Below are positions 47,468 through 57,689 of a DNA stretch of 64,000 bases, in pieces. The DNA comes from an uncultured Gammaproteobacteria bacterium (GTDB lineage Bacteria > Patescibacteriota > Microgenomatia > CAZETR01 > Amesbacteraceae), in NCBI GenBank assembly GCA_964518565.1, contig CAZFGX010000001.1, positions 460,470 through 524,469 of the forward strand. Direction: 5' to 3'. The first letter of the stretch is position 1. Each line of letters starts with the position of its first letter. The notes under the pieces are model-generated. The model ran no database searches, was not told the origin of the DNA, and saw nothing but the letters and a program-made list of their open reading frames with translations. The translations under genes and the position numbers were made by a program.

Positions 47468-47713
47468 ATGCAATCAAATATCAAAACCGCTATCCTTCAT
47501 TTTTTGGCCAACGAGTTCCAAATGGAACCCGAGACCATTCATGAAGATCTAAATTTTCAAATAGACCTCGGTCTATCGCCTGAAATGACCATCGATTTGT
47601 TCCAACGACTCCAAGAGGCGTTAGACTTGCCATTACCAGAAGAGAAATTCGCTCAGATTCACACTCTAGAAAATCTTTTTCAGATTCTAGACATCGAAAC
47701 TGAAGAAGAATAA
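47468..47713 (+). CDS. acyl-carrier-protein-like protein lacking DSL motif
   Basis: acidic 81 aa, DLGL and I.TL patterns, located before rnc. Confidence 0.65.
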   Translation: MQSNIKTAILHFLANEFQMEPETIHEDLNFQIDLGLSPEMTIDLFQRLQEALDLPLPEEKFAQIHTLENLFQILDIETEEE

Positions 47714-47723
47714 TATTCAACAA

Positions 47724-48395
47724 ATGAAATCACCCAAAGAATATTTCAAAAATCCTCAGAATTACCACGCCGCCCTCATACACCGATCTTACTGCAATGA
47801 ACACCCAGGTACTGTCTCCAACGAGCGCTTAGAGTTTTTGGGCGACTCTATACTGTCATTGATCACTTCAGATAGACTTTACAAACTCTTTCCAGACCTT
47901 CCAGAAGGAGAATTAACAGCTCGTAGGTCACTCATAGTGCAAACCACCACACTTGCTGAAAAAGCAAAGATTTTACAGCTCGACGAAGAACTACTTTTAT
48001 CCAAAGGTGAACAAGATTTAGGTGGTCGAAAAAACCCCGGCCTTCTAGCCAATACATTTGAAGCTGTCTTGGGAGCGTTATATTTAGATTCGGGTTTAGA
48101 TGTCTGCACTGGTTACCTAACAGATATATTTACAGACCAAGAGATCATCTCCCACGAACACATCAAAGACCCCAAAAGTCTATTGCAAGAACACGCCCAA
48201 GCCAAAGGCTTAGGCACGCCTATCTACCAGTTGGTCGATAGCATCGGCCCAGATCATGCCAAAAACTTTACCGTCTCTGTAATCATTCAAAATTCAGCTG
48301 TAGCTACAGGTACAGGTGCTAGTAAACAAAAAGCAGAAATTGATGCAGCCAAAGTGGCTCTTGAGAAGCTATTTAGCCAAAATATGGTAAAATAA
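47724..48395 (+). CDS. rnc: ribonuclease III
   Basis: NERLEFLGDS signature plus dsRBD. Confidence 0.96.
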   Translation: MKSPKEYFKNPQNYHAALIHRSYCNEHPGTVSNERLEFLGDSILSLITSDRLYKLFPDLPEGELTARRSLIVQTTTLAEKAKILQLDEELLLSKGEQDLGGRKNPGLLANTFEAVLGALYLDSGLDVCTGYLTDIFTDQEIISHEHIKDPKSLLQEHAQAKGLGTPIYQLVDSIGPDHAKNFTVSVIIQNSAVATGTGASKQKAEIDAAKVALEKLFSQNMVK

Positions 48396-48399
48396 TCCC

Positions 48400-48621
48400 A
48401 TGCTAAAAATCAAACTTAGTCCTACTGGAAAGAAAAACGCCAAACACTATCGTATAGTGGTAATGGAGGAACACTCAAAATTAACCAGCGATGTTGTAGC
48501 CAATTTGGGTCATTACCACCCTCAAGAAAACCATCGTATCGAAATTGACAAAGCTACCTACGAAGCTTGGATCAAAAAAGGCGCACAACCAACCGACAAA
48601 GTCCGCCGCCTAGTCAAATAG
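48400..48621 (+). CDS. rpsP: 30S ribosomal protein S16
   Basis: YRIVV, LGHYHP, GAQPTDKV. Confidence 0.94.
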   Translation: MLKIKLSPTGKKNAKHYRIVVMEEHSKLTSDVVANLGHYHPQENHRIEIDKATYEAWIKKGAQPTDKVRRLVK

Positions 48622-48624
48622 TTT

Positions 48625-48861
48625 ATGATGAAAGATTTTCTTCATTTTATTATTGCTCCACTTTTGGATCAGCCAGAAAGCCTAAATATTTCCGTGAACG
48701 AAAATGCAGTTACAGTTGAAGTTGCCGAAAGCGATACTGGCAAAGTAATTGGCAAGCATGGCTCAGTAATTCATAGTCTTCGCGTATTGCTCAAAACATT
48801 TTGTATCAACAACAATTTGCCTCAAGCTGCCCTAATTCTTAACGCTCCTAAAAAGGATTAG
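48625..48861 (+). CDS. khpA: KH-domain RNA-binding protein (KhpA)
   Basis: DTGKVIGKHG; follows rpsP. Confidence 0.85.
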   Translation: MMKDFLHFIIAPLLDQPESLNISVNENAVTVEVAESDTGKVIGKHGSVIHSLRVLLKTFCINNNLPQAALILNAPKKD

Positions 48862-49525
48862 TTACTCCAAAATTTCCACTTCCACTAGCGGCCTGTTCTA
48901 CTGATACCAAGACATACTTTTCCATTTGACTTCTGACACCAGCAATTGTAGTTCCATATTCTTGGAGCGGAGTATTTTTAGGTGTCTCGTGAACCATACG
49001 AGACCAACCACCCTCAACTGTCAATTGCATGGCCCCACCGCTAAATGATAATCGCAACAATCGAACTAACGGTTTTTGAGTCATTAGCACATTCAAAAAT
49101 CGTCGCAATCGCACGATATCAGGTACCCGGGCTGAGATTGTCAACACTACACCCGACTCATCTGCCAACACCGCTCCTGCCGTGGCCTGTTTTACATTTC
49201 CAGCATTGCTTTTGTACTCTTTTAATTCAACTTCAGATTGGGCAGCAGCATTTTTAATTTCTGAAATCAGTGACCAAGCCAATCGTGCATCAGGTAGAGT
49301 GTCCAACATTTCGTGTAAATCTATCTGAGCCTTATTTGTATCAAAATTAGACAATACTACCAACTTATTTCGCAAAAGTGCTGCTTTTTCTTGTTGTACT
49401 TGAACATCCTCACGTTTTTGAGTAATTTGAGCCCAGGTATCTACGTTTGATAAAACTGTAACCCCGGTATAAATTACAAATACCGCAACAAGAATAGGGT
49501 AGAGAACCCAACCCCATTTATTCAT
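48848..49525 (-). CDS. pilO: PilO-like pilus assembly protein
   Basis: TM + coiled coil + LP motif; position after pilM/pilN. Confidence 0.65.
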   Translation of the reverse strand: MNKWGWVLYPILVAVFVIYTGVTVLSNVDTWAQITQKREDVQVQQEKAALLRNKLVVLSNFDTNKAQIDLHEMLDTLPDARLAWSLISEIKNAAAQSEVELKEYKSNAGNVKQATAGAVLADESGVVLTISARVPDIVRLRRFLNVLMTQKPLVRLLRLSFSGGAMQLTVEGGWSRMVHETPKNTPLQEYGTTIAGVRSQMEKYVLVSVEQAASGSGNFGVTNPF

Positions 49526-50034
49526 GGTTTAAGCCCTCCTACTGTAATTACTCCTAACCACCCAGTATCTTTATTTGAAGTAAGAGAGTCGATCTTTACT
49601 GAAGAATAAGATTTAGATACTGTTTGCACAAAGGCACTAATTTCTTCAGCAGATTCACCATTTACGGTAATAGTTTGAGTGGAAGGATTCTTATATTCCC
49701 ATGCCGTAGCAGGTGGAGTGGCTAGCAATATCACATCCAGATGTTTGACCACATCTCCTCTAGAATCCAAAAATTGTTTTACAGCCAAACTCCGACCGGA
49801 CACAGTTCGATACAGCACCTCATCTTCCGATCGCGCATCCACTTGTGATTGCAAATTTCGAATTTCAGCCTCTACTCGACTACCAGAAAAATTTACATAC
49901 CACGACCAACCAAAAAACCCCCCCACAACCAAACTCCAAAAAACCAACAATGCGGTAGTGCTTTTAATCACGCCAGATTTTATTTTTACAAACCGAGAGT
50001 CTTCTTTATGCTGGGCAGAAGCAAGATTGATCAT
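49522..50034 (-). CDS. pilN: PilN-like pilus assembly protein
   Basis: MINL N-terminus, TM, coiled coil. Confidence 0.7.
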   Translation of the reverse strand: MINLASAQHKEDSRFVKIKSGVIKSTTALLVFWSLVVGGFFGWSWYVNFSGSRVEAEIRNLQSQVDARSEDEVLYRTVSGRSLAVKQFLDSRGDVVKHLDVILLATPPATAWEYKNPSTQTITVNGESAEEISAFVQTVSKSYSSVKIDSLTSNKDTGWLGVITVGGLKP

Positions 50035-50037
50035 AGT

Positions 50038-51054
50038 CTAAAGTGGTCTCATCCCTAAGCCCACTGCTACGCCATAAATTGGCGCTTGGCCAGCAAGAGC
50101 TTTTGATTGCTTATCATCCATAGATACGTGAATAAATGGATTACCCACAGCCATCTCCACACCTACCATACCAGACAAAATTCCAATTGCGTCTGGCAAC
50201 ATAGCAATACCACCAGTCAACATAACTGAACTTACTACTTCATTCGGATGCTTTGATGTATAAAAATCTATTGTTTTCCTAATCTCACCAGCAATGACTG
50301 TCAATACGGGTTTCATCGCTTCCAACAATTTTCCATCTAGTTTATCCGCTGCAAATCCATAAGAATTTTTATATTGTTCGGCTGTAGCCGTGTCCAACCC
50401 CAAAGAAGTTTCGATAGCTCGAGTAAACGCACTACCAGCTGTAGGAATTGTGCGAGCAAACACCATTTGTCCTCGGCGCACCAAACCCAAATCAGTTCCA
50501 TTTGCACCAATATCTACTACTAATGCAAGAGGAGTATTAGAAGGAATAATTGCTCGGGCAGTTGCCATCAATTCTGTTTCCACTGCAACCAATTCCAAAC
50601 CCAATCCCTCAACGGCTTGCGTATATGTATCCACCAAATTTTTTGCCGCAGCTACCAACAATACTTCTACGCCACTATCATCCTTTTTAATAATTTCATG
50701 ACTCCATACTGCTCGATCTGCAGGAATAGGAATATATTGTTCCACTTGCCATTGTAAGGCTTGAGACACCTCACTCTCTTTCATGGGTGGAAGTTCAACA
50801 ATATGTGAAGATACTTGTTCTTCTGGAATTGCCAACACCACACGCTTACTCTTTACACCAGCCTCTTTCATCAACTTTACCAAGGATTGAGATACAGCAG
50901 CCACATTCATCGGTCCACCCATCAAGCCACCAACAGGAGAGGCAACAGAACCAGCTGTCAAAAGCTTCCAGGCATTATTTCCAGTTGGACTTATTTCCAC
51001 CAGCTTAATACTCGTTGATCCAATATCTATTCCTATTTTGGCAGCATCAGACAT
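50038..51054 (-). CDS. pilM: type IV pilus assembly protein PilM
   Basis: GIDIGSTSIKLV, VDIGA, LTGG, AVGLGMR. Confidence 0.93.
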   Translation of the reverse strand: MSDAAKIGIDIGSTSIKLVEISPTGNNAWKLLTAGSVASPVGGLMGGPMNVAAVSQSLVKLMKEAGVKSKRVVLAIPEEQVSSHIVELPPMKESEVSQALQWQVEQYIPIPADRAVWSHEIIKKDDSGVEVLLVAAAKNLVDTYTQAVEGLGLELVAVETELMATARAIIPSNTPLALVVDIGANGTDLGLVRRGQMVFARTIPTAGSAFTRAIETSLGLDTATAEQYKNSYGFAADKLDGKLLEAMKPVLTVIAGEIRKTIDFYTSKHPNEVVSSVMLTGGIAMLPDAIGILSGMVGVEMAVGNPFIHVSMDDKQSKALAGQAPIYGVAVGLGMRPL

Positions 51055-51072
51055 AAAAAATATTATAGTACA

Positions 51073-51552
51073 CTAACGACCAGCATACCATCTACATTTT
51101 ACCGAAAGCGCACACTCAACTGTCAAGTCAGATCGACTGTCTTTATCACCACGATATTCCAAAGCCGAATAAATTTTATAATGCTGACGGTCACTACTTA
51201 CCTCATAAATATAGCGATACCCAAAGTCAGCAAATGGATCATTAGGAACATGTTCCAGATATGCAATATTGTCTTCATCGACAATTCTGTCGTCACCCCA
51301 TACACAATTCCTTACCCCTTTTGACCCACAACTGACAATCACCCCACCATCACCAGCTAGGGGATACACACGATAATCTTGATAATAAGCTTCTAGAGAT
51401 TTTGCCACCAGTTCTGTATCAGATTTTCTCTGCGCGTCACGCGTTTTCATCCGCGAAATTTGTAGCTGATAAAAAGATATACCAAAAACAACCAATATAA
51501 CACTTGCTACCACACCTAGTTCAAACTTATCCCATTTAAGCAAATCAAACAT
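51073..51552 (-). CDS. GspG-like pilin with atypical N-terminus
   Basis: RDAQRKSD..LEAYY.D..YP, PNDP motifs. Confidence 0.7.
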   Translation of the reverse strand: MFDLLKWDKFELGVVASVILVVFGISFYQLQISRMKTRDAQRKSDTELVAKSLEAYYQDYRVYPLAGDGGVIVSCGSKGVRNCVWGDDRIVDEDNIAYLEHVPNDPFADFGYRYIYEVSSDRQHYKIYSALEYRGDKDSRSDLTVECALSVKCRWYAGR

Positions 51553-52258
51553 GCCAATATCTTATCACCCAATCACCCACAAAATAAGCAAGCCAGCTAC
51601 CAAGCACCAAAAACGGCCCAAACGCCATTTCTGATTTCAAACCGACTCCTTTCTTCTTTTGTAAAAGAATTGCTACACCCACAATTCCTCCCAAAACAAA
51701 CGCTAACCACAATGCAACCAATATTCTTGGCCAACCTAACCACAACCCCATAACTGCAGCAATCTCTACATCCCCAAACCCCATCGCTCGTCCTCGCGAA
51801 ATAGCCCAAATACTTCCAATAGCTAAAACACCAACCACTAGTCCTATGATCATGGTAATAGAAAAATTCCCATACAATTGCCCCAACACAAACAACCCCC
51901 ATAAAACCACAAAAACCTCTGACACCAACTTAGTCTCCCAATCCATAAACGCAATTACCAATGTCACCCAAAAAATCGCCATCAACCACGCTTGGGGAGC
52001 TAGAAACACAAACCCAAGTGCCGAAAGCAATTCAATAACAAAATATCTAACCCCGATTTTTTTATGACAGTAACGACACTTACCTCTCAAAAAACAGTAA
52101 GAAAAAATCGGAATCAGATCAATACTTGCCAGTATATGTTTGCAATGAGTGCAAATGGAATGGCCACGAGTCCACGAAATTTGTCTTGGCAACCGATAGA
52201 TCAATGCATTAGCCACACTCCCCGCAACAGCTCCTAATACAAACCAAAAAAGACTCAT
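51545..52258 (-). CDS. pilD: prepilin peptidase
   Basis: two CxxC, MGFGD, FGPFL motifs. Confidence 0.93.
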   Translation of the reverse strand: MSLFWFVLGAVAGSVANALIYRLPRQISWTRGHSICTHCKHILASIDLIPIFSYCFLRGKCRYCHKKIGVRYFVIELLSALGFVFLAPQAWLMAIFWVTLVIAFMDWETKLVSEVFVVLWGLFVLGQLYGNFSITMIIGLVVGVLAIGSIWAISRGRAMGFGDVEIAAVMGLWLGWPRILVALWLAFVLGGIVGVAILLQKKKGVGLKSEMAFGPFLVLGSWLAYFVGDWVIRYWHV

Positions 52259-52336
52259 CGCTCAAGTATAAAGTTTCTCAAAGAAAAAAACACCGCCCTT
52301 GCGAGCGGCGTAGAAATCTTACGATTTTTTAAAACA

Positions 52337-52801
52337 TTATGGACAAGCTGTTGTCGTTGTAGCGACAGTACAAGTCTTTCCTGTACTAGATTCCCAACGC
52401 CAAACAGGCGTAGCAGGGGTAGCACCAGCATACTTCTTAGATTTAAGAGTTCCAGTGATAATCACAGACGTACATGTAACACCAGCTGAACAACCTGCAG
52501 GAGTAATTGCAAAACCATACGCTGCTCCGTATCCAGTTGGAGGTGTTGGCGCAGAGCCTAAATCTCCAGAAGTAACTAAATCAGCCGCAGCTGCTGGGAA
52601 AAAACCATTATGAGTAGCTGCATAAGCTTGAGATCCAGTAGCTAATTCACCGATATCACTTTGTACTTTTGAATCGTTTGCTGCATAGAGCTTGTCTTGT
52701 GGATTGATCAAAGCAACCACACCAGCAGCCAAAACAGCCAAGATACCAATAACTACGAGCAACTCAATTAAGGTAAAGCCTTTAAGCATTTTGAAGTTCA
52801 T
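52337..52801 (-). CDS. pilA: major type IV pilin
   Basis: KG|FTLIELLVVI, strong GGAGGTGA SD, downstream hairpin. Confidence 0.85.
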   Translation of the reverse strand: MNFKMLKGFTLIELLVVIGILAVLAAGVVALINPQDKLYAANDSKVQSDIGELATGSQAYAATHNGFFPAAAADLVTSGDLGSAPTPPTGYGAAYGFAITPAGCSAGVTCTSVIITGTLKSKKYAGATPATPVWRWESSTGKTCTVATTTTACP

Positions 52802-52825
52802 TTGTTGCTCACCTCCCTCAAAGAA

Positions 52826-54031
52826 TTATACTTTATTAATAATTCCATAAATTGGCATAATAATTGCATACATCAACGCACCTACTCCAACCGCTAATAC
52901 AATCAGTATTATTGGTTCAATAGCGGTTGTCAAGGCTTTGACCTTCTCACCAGACTCCGATTCATAATATGCAGACAGTTTGGCCAACACCTCATCGATC
53001 TTCCCCGTTTCTTCACCTACTGCCATCATTTGACCTACCAGAGCAGGAAACACTCCGCTTTCAGAAAAACTGATCGACATCGGAAAACCTTTTTCTACTT
53101 GCTTGCCGATTCTTTTTACTTCTTCGCGAACAACCGAATGGCCCACGACACCAGAAACAATGTTCAATGCCTCGACCACAGATACTCCAGCGGACAATAA
53201 CAATGACAAAGTTCGAGTCAATTCGGTCAACATAACTTGTTGTGCCAGTGGACCAATAACCGGCAAACGATAAAAAATCGTATCTTGGATTTGACGACCT
53301 CTAGGTGTAGCCACAAATGATTTATAGGCAAAAGCTATTCCAATAAGCCCTGCTAATACGATATACCAACGTTGTGTAGCAAAATCAGATATTCCCACCA
53401 ATATCCGAGTAGGCAGTGGTAATCCTTCCCCAAAATCCGCATACAGTCCGATCAACTTTGGCACCACCACCAAAATCATCAGCACAAATACTAAGACCAT
53501 ACCAATCAAAATAATCACCGGATAAATCATCGCCCCGACAACCTTGGCTCGAAACTCACGACTTTTTTCCGTATTTTCAGCCAAACGAGCCAAAATTTTG
53601 TCCATAATACCCGCGGCTTCTCCAGCTTTTACCAAAGACAAATAAACTGGGCTAAAAACTTTGGGAAACTTACCCATACCAGTAGACAAAGCTTGTCCAG
53701 ACTGCACATCACCTAAAATAGATGAAACAACTGGAGACAAATTAGGAGGGGATTGTAATCGCAATAAATTCAACGCATCAGTCAGTGGTAATCCAGCTGT
53801 GATCATTGTAGACAATTGCCGAGTAAAATTGGCCATGTCACTCACACTTACCGTTCCAGTAATCTTTCCAACCAAAGATGCCAAGCCTTGTCCATCATTT
53901 CTGGCAGTTATTTTCACCGGAATCAACTGTTTGTCACGCAACAAACTCGCCGCACCGTTTATATTGGTCGCTTCGGCTACACCTTTTACTGTCTGACCTG
54001 TCGCATTTTTTGCTTCATATGCAAACTTCAC
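52826..54031 (-). CDS. pilC: pilus platform protein PilC
   Basis: RQLSTMITAG, AGEAAG, VGEETG, IEP motifs. Confidence 0.93.
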   Translation of the reverse strand: MKFAYEAKNATGQTVKGVAEATNINGAASLLRDKQLIPVKITARNDGQGLASLVGKITGTVSVSDMANFTRQLSTMITAGLPLTDALNLLRLQSPPNLSPVVSSILGDVQSGQALSTGMGKFPKVFSPVYLSLVKAGEAAGIMDKILARLAENTEKSREFRAKVVGAMIYPVIILIGMVLVFVLMILVVVPKLIGLYADFGEGLPLPTRILVGISDFATQRWYIVLAGLIGIAFAYKSFVATPRGRQIQDTIFYRLPVIGPLAQQVMLTELTRTLSLLLSAGVSVVEALNIVSGVVGHSVVREEVKRIGKQVEKGFPMSISFSESGVFPALVGQMMAVGEETGKIDEVLAKLSAYYESESGEKVKALTTAIEPIILIVLAVGVGALMYAIIMPIYGIINKV

Positions 54032-54032
54032 A

Positions 54033-55094
54033 CTACATCTCTCCTTTCACAAAACGGGCGATGTCTCCCGGTCTGGATGCATAAGCCTGAGCAAATTCAT
54101 AAGAAATTTTCCCACTTTTAACAAGTCTTGCCAAAGTACTTTCCAATGTAGTCATTCCCATATCACCAGATGTCAAAATTATATTGTCCAACATATGTGT
54201 TTTACCTTCGCGCACGGCCGTCTTTACCGCGGGAGTTCCCAACATGACTTCATATGCCACTGCACGACCAGAGGAAATCATCGGCACTAATCGTTGAGAA
54301 AATACTGCTTGCAAAGTGTTCGACAATTGCAATCTGACTTGAGGTTGCTGGTTCTCTGGAAAAACATCCACAATACGATCAATAGTCTGTGAAGCAGAAT
54401 TTGTATGTAATGTCGCAAATACCAAATGACCAGTTTCAGCAATGGTCAATGCCGCCGCAATCGTCTCAAAATCACGCATTTCCCCAATCAAGACCACGTC
54501 AGGGTCTTCACGCAAAACTGAACGCAATGCAATATCCCACGAATGCGTATCGTTATGTACTTCACGCTGAGAAACAATTGCTCGTGCCGATGTATACATA
54601 TACTCAATCGGATCCTCAATTGTCACCATATGTACCCGTCGATTTTGATTGATTTCATCCAAAATTGCCGCCAATGTAGTAGATTTTCCTTGACCAGTAG
54701 GTCCTGTGACAAGTACAAATCCTTGTTTCATGTTGGCAAATTCATGACAAATACCCGGCAAACCTAATTCGTCAATTTTAGGAATACGTACTGGAATCAA
54801 ACGAAAACTCGCTGCCAAAGACCCTTTTTGAAAATACGCATTTACGCGAAAACGAGCCGCCTCAGCCAAAGAAAAAGAAAAATCCAACTCTTTATTCACT
54901 TCCAATACCTGTCTTTGATCAGCAGCAACTACCGGTTCCATTAATTGGCTTATGGTGTCATGCAGCAAAACATTTTCTCCTGGTACTGGCAACAATGCTC
55001 CATCAATACGCACAATTGGCGGAGACCCAACCAACAAATGTAAATCCGAAGCATTTTTATCGACTACATATTGCAACAGTTGTGAGATATTCAT
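54033..55094 (-). CDS. pilT: pilus retraction ATPase PilT (start set at MNISQ)
   Basis: ASDLHL, GPTGQGKST, LREDPD, AETGHLV, TAVREG (AIRNL-like). Confidence 0.93.
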   Translation of the reverse strand: MNISQLLQYVVDKNASDLHLLVGSPPIVRIDGALLPVPGENVLLHDTISQLMEPVVAADQRQVLEVNKELDFSFSLAEAARFRVNAYFQKGSLAASFRLIPVRIPKIDELGLPGICHEFANMKQGFVLVTGPTGQGKSTTLAAILDEINQNRRVHMVTIEDPIEYMYTSARAIVSQREVHNDTHSWDIALRSVLREDPDVVLIGEMRDFETIAAALTIAETGHLVFATLHTNSASQTIDRIVDVFPENQQPQVRLQLSNTLQAVFSQRLVPMISSGRAVAYEVMLGTPAVKTAVREGKTHMLDNIILTSGDMGMTTLESTLARLVKSGKISYEFAQAYASRPGDIARFVKGEM

Positions 55095-55122
55095 GAGCAG
55101 TACATTTATATTAAAGCACCCC

Positions 55123-56865
55123 TTATTCTTGCGCAACACGCAAGACCTCTTCCATAGTAGTGATCCCTTCTACCACCTTCAAGAAGCCATCCTGTTTCAT
55201 AGTAATCATCCCTTCAGAGACTGCTTGATTTTCAATAGTAGAAGCAGGGGAGTGTTCTAAAATAAGTCGACCGATCTTTTCTGATACAGGCAACACTTCA
55301 AATACGCCCACCCGACCTTTATACCCCGTTCCACCACAAATCGTACATCCTTGACCTTTATATAATTCCACGGGTTTGTCCGACGTGACAGTCCACAATT
55401 TACCTAATGCATTTTGTATCTCTGCTATGACTTCTGGTACTGGTTGATACGCCGATTTGCAATTGCTACAAATTTTGCGCACCACCCGCTGAGCCACAAT
55501 CGCCGTAATAGTAGAAGCCAATAAATATGGCTCAGCTTTCATATCCAACAAACGTGGCAAAGCTCCAGCTGCAGAATTAGTATGCAAAGTAGAAAACACC
55601 AAATGGCCAGTCAACGATGCCTGAACCGCCAACTCAGCCGTCTCTTCATCCCGGACTTCTCCCACCATAATAATATTTGGATCTTGTCGCAAAAACGATC
55701 GCAAACCTGAAGCAAATGTCAAACCCGCCTGGGGATTAATTTGTACTTGATTTACTCCAGGAATTTGATATTCCACCGGATCTTCCAAGGTCACGACATT
55801 TACCTTGACAGTACTAATTCTCGACAAGACAGCATACAAAGTCGTAGTTTTACCTGAACCCGTTGGTCCTGTCACTAAAATAATTCCATGTGGCCGTGTA
55901 ATAGCTTCTTCAAGATTAGCCAATGCTCGACCACGAAAACCTAGCTCAGTCAACGTGGGCACTACACTTGTTTTCTTTAAAAGCCGCATAACGATTTTTT
56001 CCCCATGCACAGTAGGCAAACTAGATACACGCAAATCCACCTGTTCTTCGTCTGTTTCAAAATTAAACCGACCATCTTGTGGCACTCGCTTTTCGTCAAT
56101 TTTCATATCCGACAAAATTTTGATGCGCGAAGTCAACGCGTCATGTATCTTTTTTGGCAAAATCAACTTTTCATGCAAAATACCATCAATACGGTATCTG
56201 ACTCGAGTTCGATCTTCCAGAGGCTCAATATGAATATCTGATGCTCGAGATTTAGCCGCAAATTCCAAAATAGTGGTCACGATTTTTGCAATTGGCGCTT
56301 CACGAATCAACTCGTTTACCTTACGAATGTTTACAGTTTTTACCTCCATCGGACCACCCACACCATTTTCTTTCAAAGCAGCAGTAACCTCAGCCGATAA
56401 GCTCTGTTGATAACGAGCTGCAATAGCTGCATCCACTTCCCCAGGTAGTGCTGCAAATGATTTTACGCGAAGACCAGTCTTTTTCTCTAAAAATTCGATG
56501 GCTGCCAAATCCAATGGGTTAGACATTGCTACTTGTAACTCACCATTTTTAGGATCGTAATCAAATGGAATTACTCGCAAACGTTCCGCCACAGCTCGAT
56601 CTACATATCCTAAAGCAATAGGGGATAACGCTTTATCCGCCAGAGAAATAAAGGGGACATTCAAATACTCAGCTTTTGCTTGCATCAAATCATCTCCACT
56701 GATCAATTTTTGCTCCACCAACCAATCAGAAATACTCACTCCAGTGTTTACAAATTCTGCTTTTGCTCGATCTGCATCCTGTTGTGTCAATTTCTTTTTC
56801 GTCACCAAAATGCTCAAAATTCCATTTGTCTGATTATCCATGATAGGTACAACCGGGGCAGGCAT
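55123..56865 (-). CDS. pilB: pilus extension ATPase PilB
   Basis: ASDIHIEP, GPTGSGKTT, LRQDP, tetra-Cys Zn motif. Confidence 0.93.
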   Translation of the reverse strand: MPAPVVPIMDNQTNGILSILVTKKKLTQQDADRAKAEFVNTGVSISDWLVEQKLISGDDLMQAKAEYLNVPFISLADKALSPIALGYVDRAVAERLRVIPFDYDPKNGELQVAMSNPLDLAAIEFLEKKTGLRVKSFAALPGEVDAAIAARYQQSLSAEVTAALKENGVGGPMEVKTVNIRKVNELIREAPIAKIVTTILEFAAKSRASDIHIEPLEDRTRVRYRIDGILHEKLILPKKIHDALTSRIKILSDMKIDEKRVPQDGRFNFETDEEQVDLRVSSLPTVHGEKIVMRLLKKTSVVPTLTELGFRGRALANLEEAITRPHGIILVTGPTGSGKTTTLYAVLSRISTVKVNVVTLEDPVEYQIPGVNQVQINPQAGLTFASGLRSFLRQDPNIIMVGEVRDEETAELAVQASLTGHLVFSTLHTNSAAGALPRLLDMKAEPYLLASTITAIVAQRVVRKICSNCKSAYQPVPEVIAEIQNALGKLWTVTSDKPVELYKGQGCTICGGTGYKGRVGVFEVLPVSEKIGRLILEHSPASTIENQAVSEGMITMKQDGFLKVVEGITTMEEVLRVAQE

Positions 56866-56894
56866 ACCTTAGTATAATACAAAAAATCAGCCCT

Positions 56895-57476
56895 ATGCAT
56901 GCCTTCATTAGCGCCACCCAACCAAATATTTCAGACAATAGAAATATTTTATACATTCAATCCGACACCTCGATAGGTATCGACGAAATTCGCCAAATTC
57001 AACACACCCTCAGTCGTAAATCCACTTCAGGTGCCAACATCGTCATTGTCCTTAATGCCCACACCATGACCATTGCCGCACAAAATGCATTTTTAAAAAC
57101 ATTGGAAGAACCGCCAACAAATAGCGAAATCTACTTAATTACCACACAACCTGATGAACTATTACCAACCATAGTCTCACGTTGCCAAATTATTACCACT
57201 GCAAACAAAACAATACCTGTCATAGATTCGACACCAATCGAGTTATTGTTAACCGCTCAAACTCCAATGCAAAAATTAAAATGGACCGATGCACAAGAAT
57301 TTGATCGAGCCTCAGCCTTAGAATTTTTGAACACCTGTGAGATATACATTCACCTACAAATCACCAAACATACAACACCAAACCTAGCCTATCAAACAAT
57401 TATTACGGTAAGAAAATTCTTAAAATCCAACTGTTCTGTCAGACTTTGTATGGACTATTTTGCTCTGAAAATATAA
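56895..57476 (+). CDS. holB: DNA polymerase III delta' subunit-like (short)
   Basis: AQNAFLKTLEEPP, LLPTIVSRC. Confidence 0.85.
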   Translation: MHAFISATQPNISDNRNILYIQSDTSIGIDEIRQIQHTLSRKSTSGANIVIVLNAHTMTIAAQNAFLKTLEEPPTNSEIYLITTQPDELLPTIVSRCQIITTANKTIPVIDSTPIELLLTAQTPMQKLKWTDAQEFDRASALEFLNTCEIYIHLQITKHTTPNLAYQTIITVRKFLKSNCSVRLCMDYFALKI

Positions 57477-57657
57477 CACTACTTCCATTCAAAAATTCAT
57501 TTTTCAGCTCTTCCGCGTCTTGTTCATTTCCTGCGATCATCACCAAAAGAACACCTAAAGATTTTGGTTGCATTTGAAAAAACATTTCTAGAGCATGAGT
57601 CTCGCCCAAATCTCGAGCTATTTCTTTGCGCATTCTATTGCGTTCCTGGCTACCCAT
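57439..57657 (-). CDS. small hypothetical protein
   Basis: 72-aa ORF filling the gap between holB and the PLD gene. Confidence 0.4.
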   Translation of the reverse strand: MGSQERNRMRKEIARDLGETHALEMFFQMQPKSLGVLLVMIAGNEQDAEELKNEFLNGSSVIFSEQNSPYKV

Positions 57658-57689
57658 GCCAGAAATTAACTATAGCATATAATCGCCTA

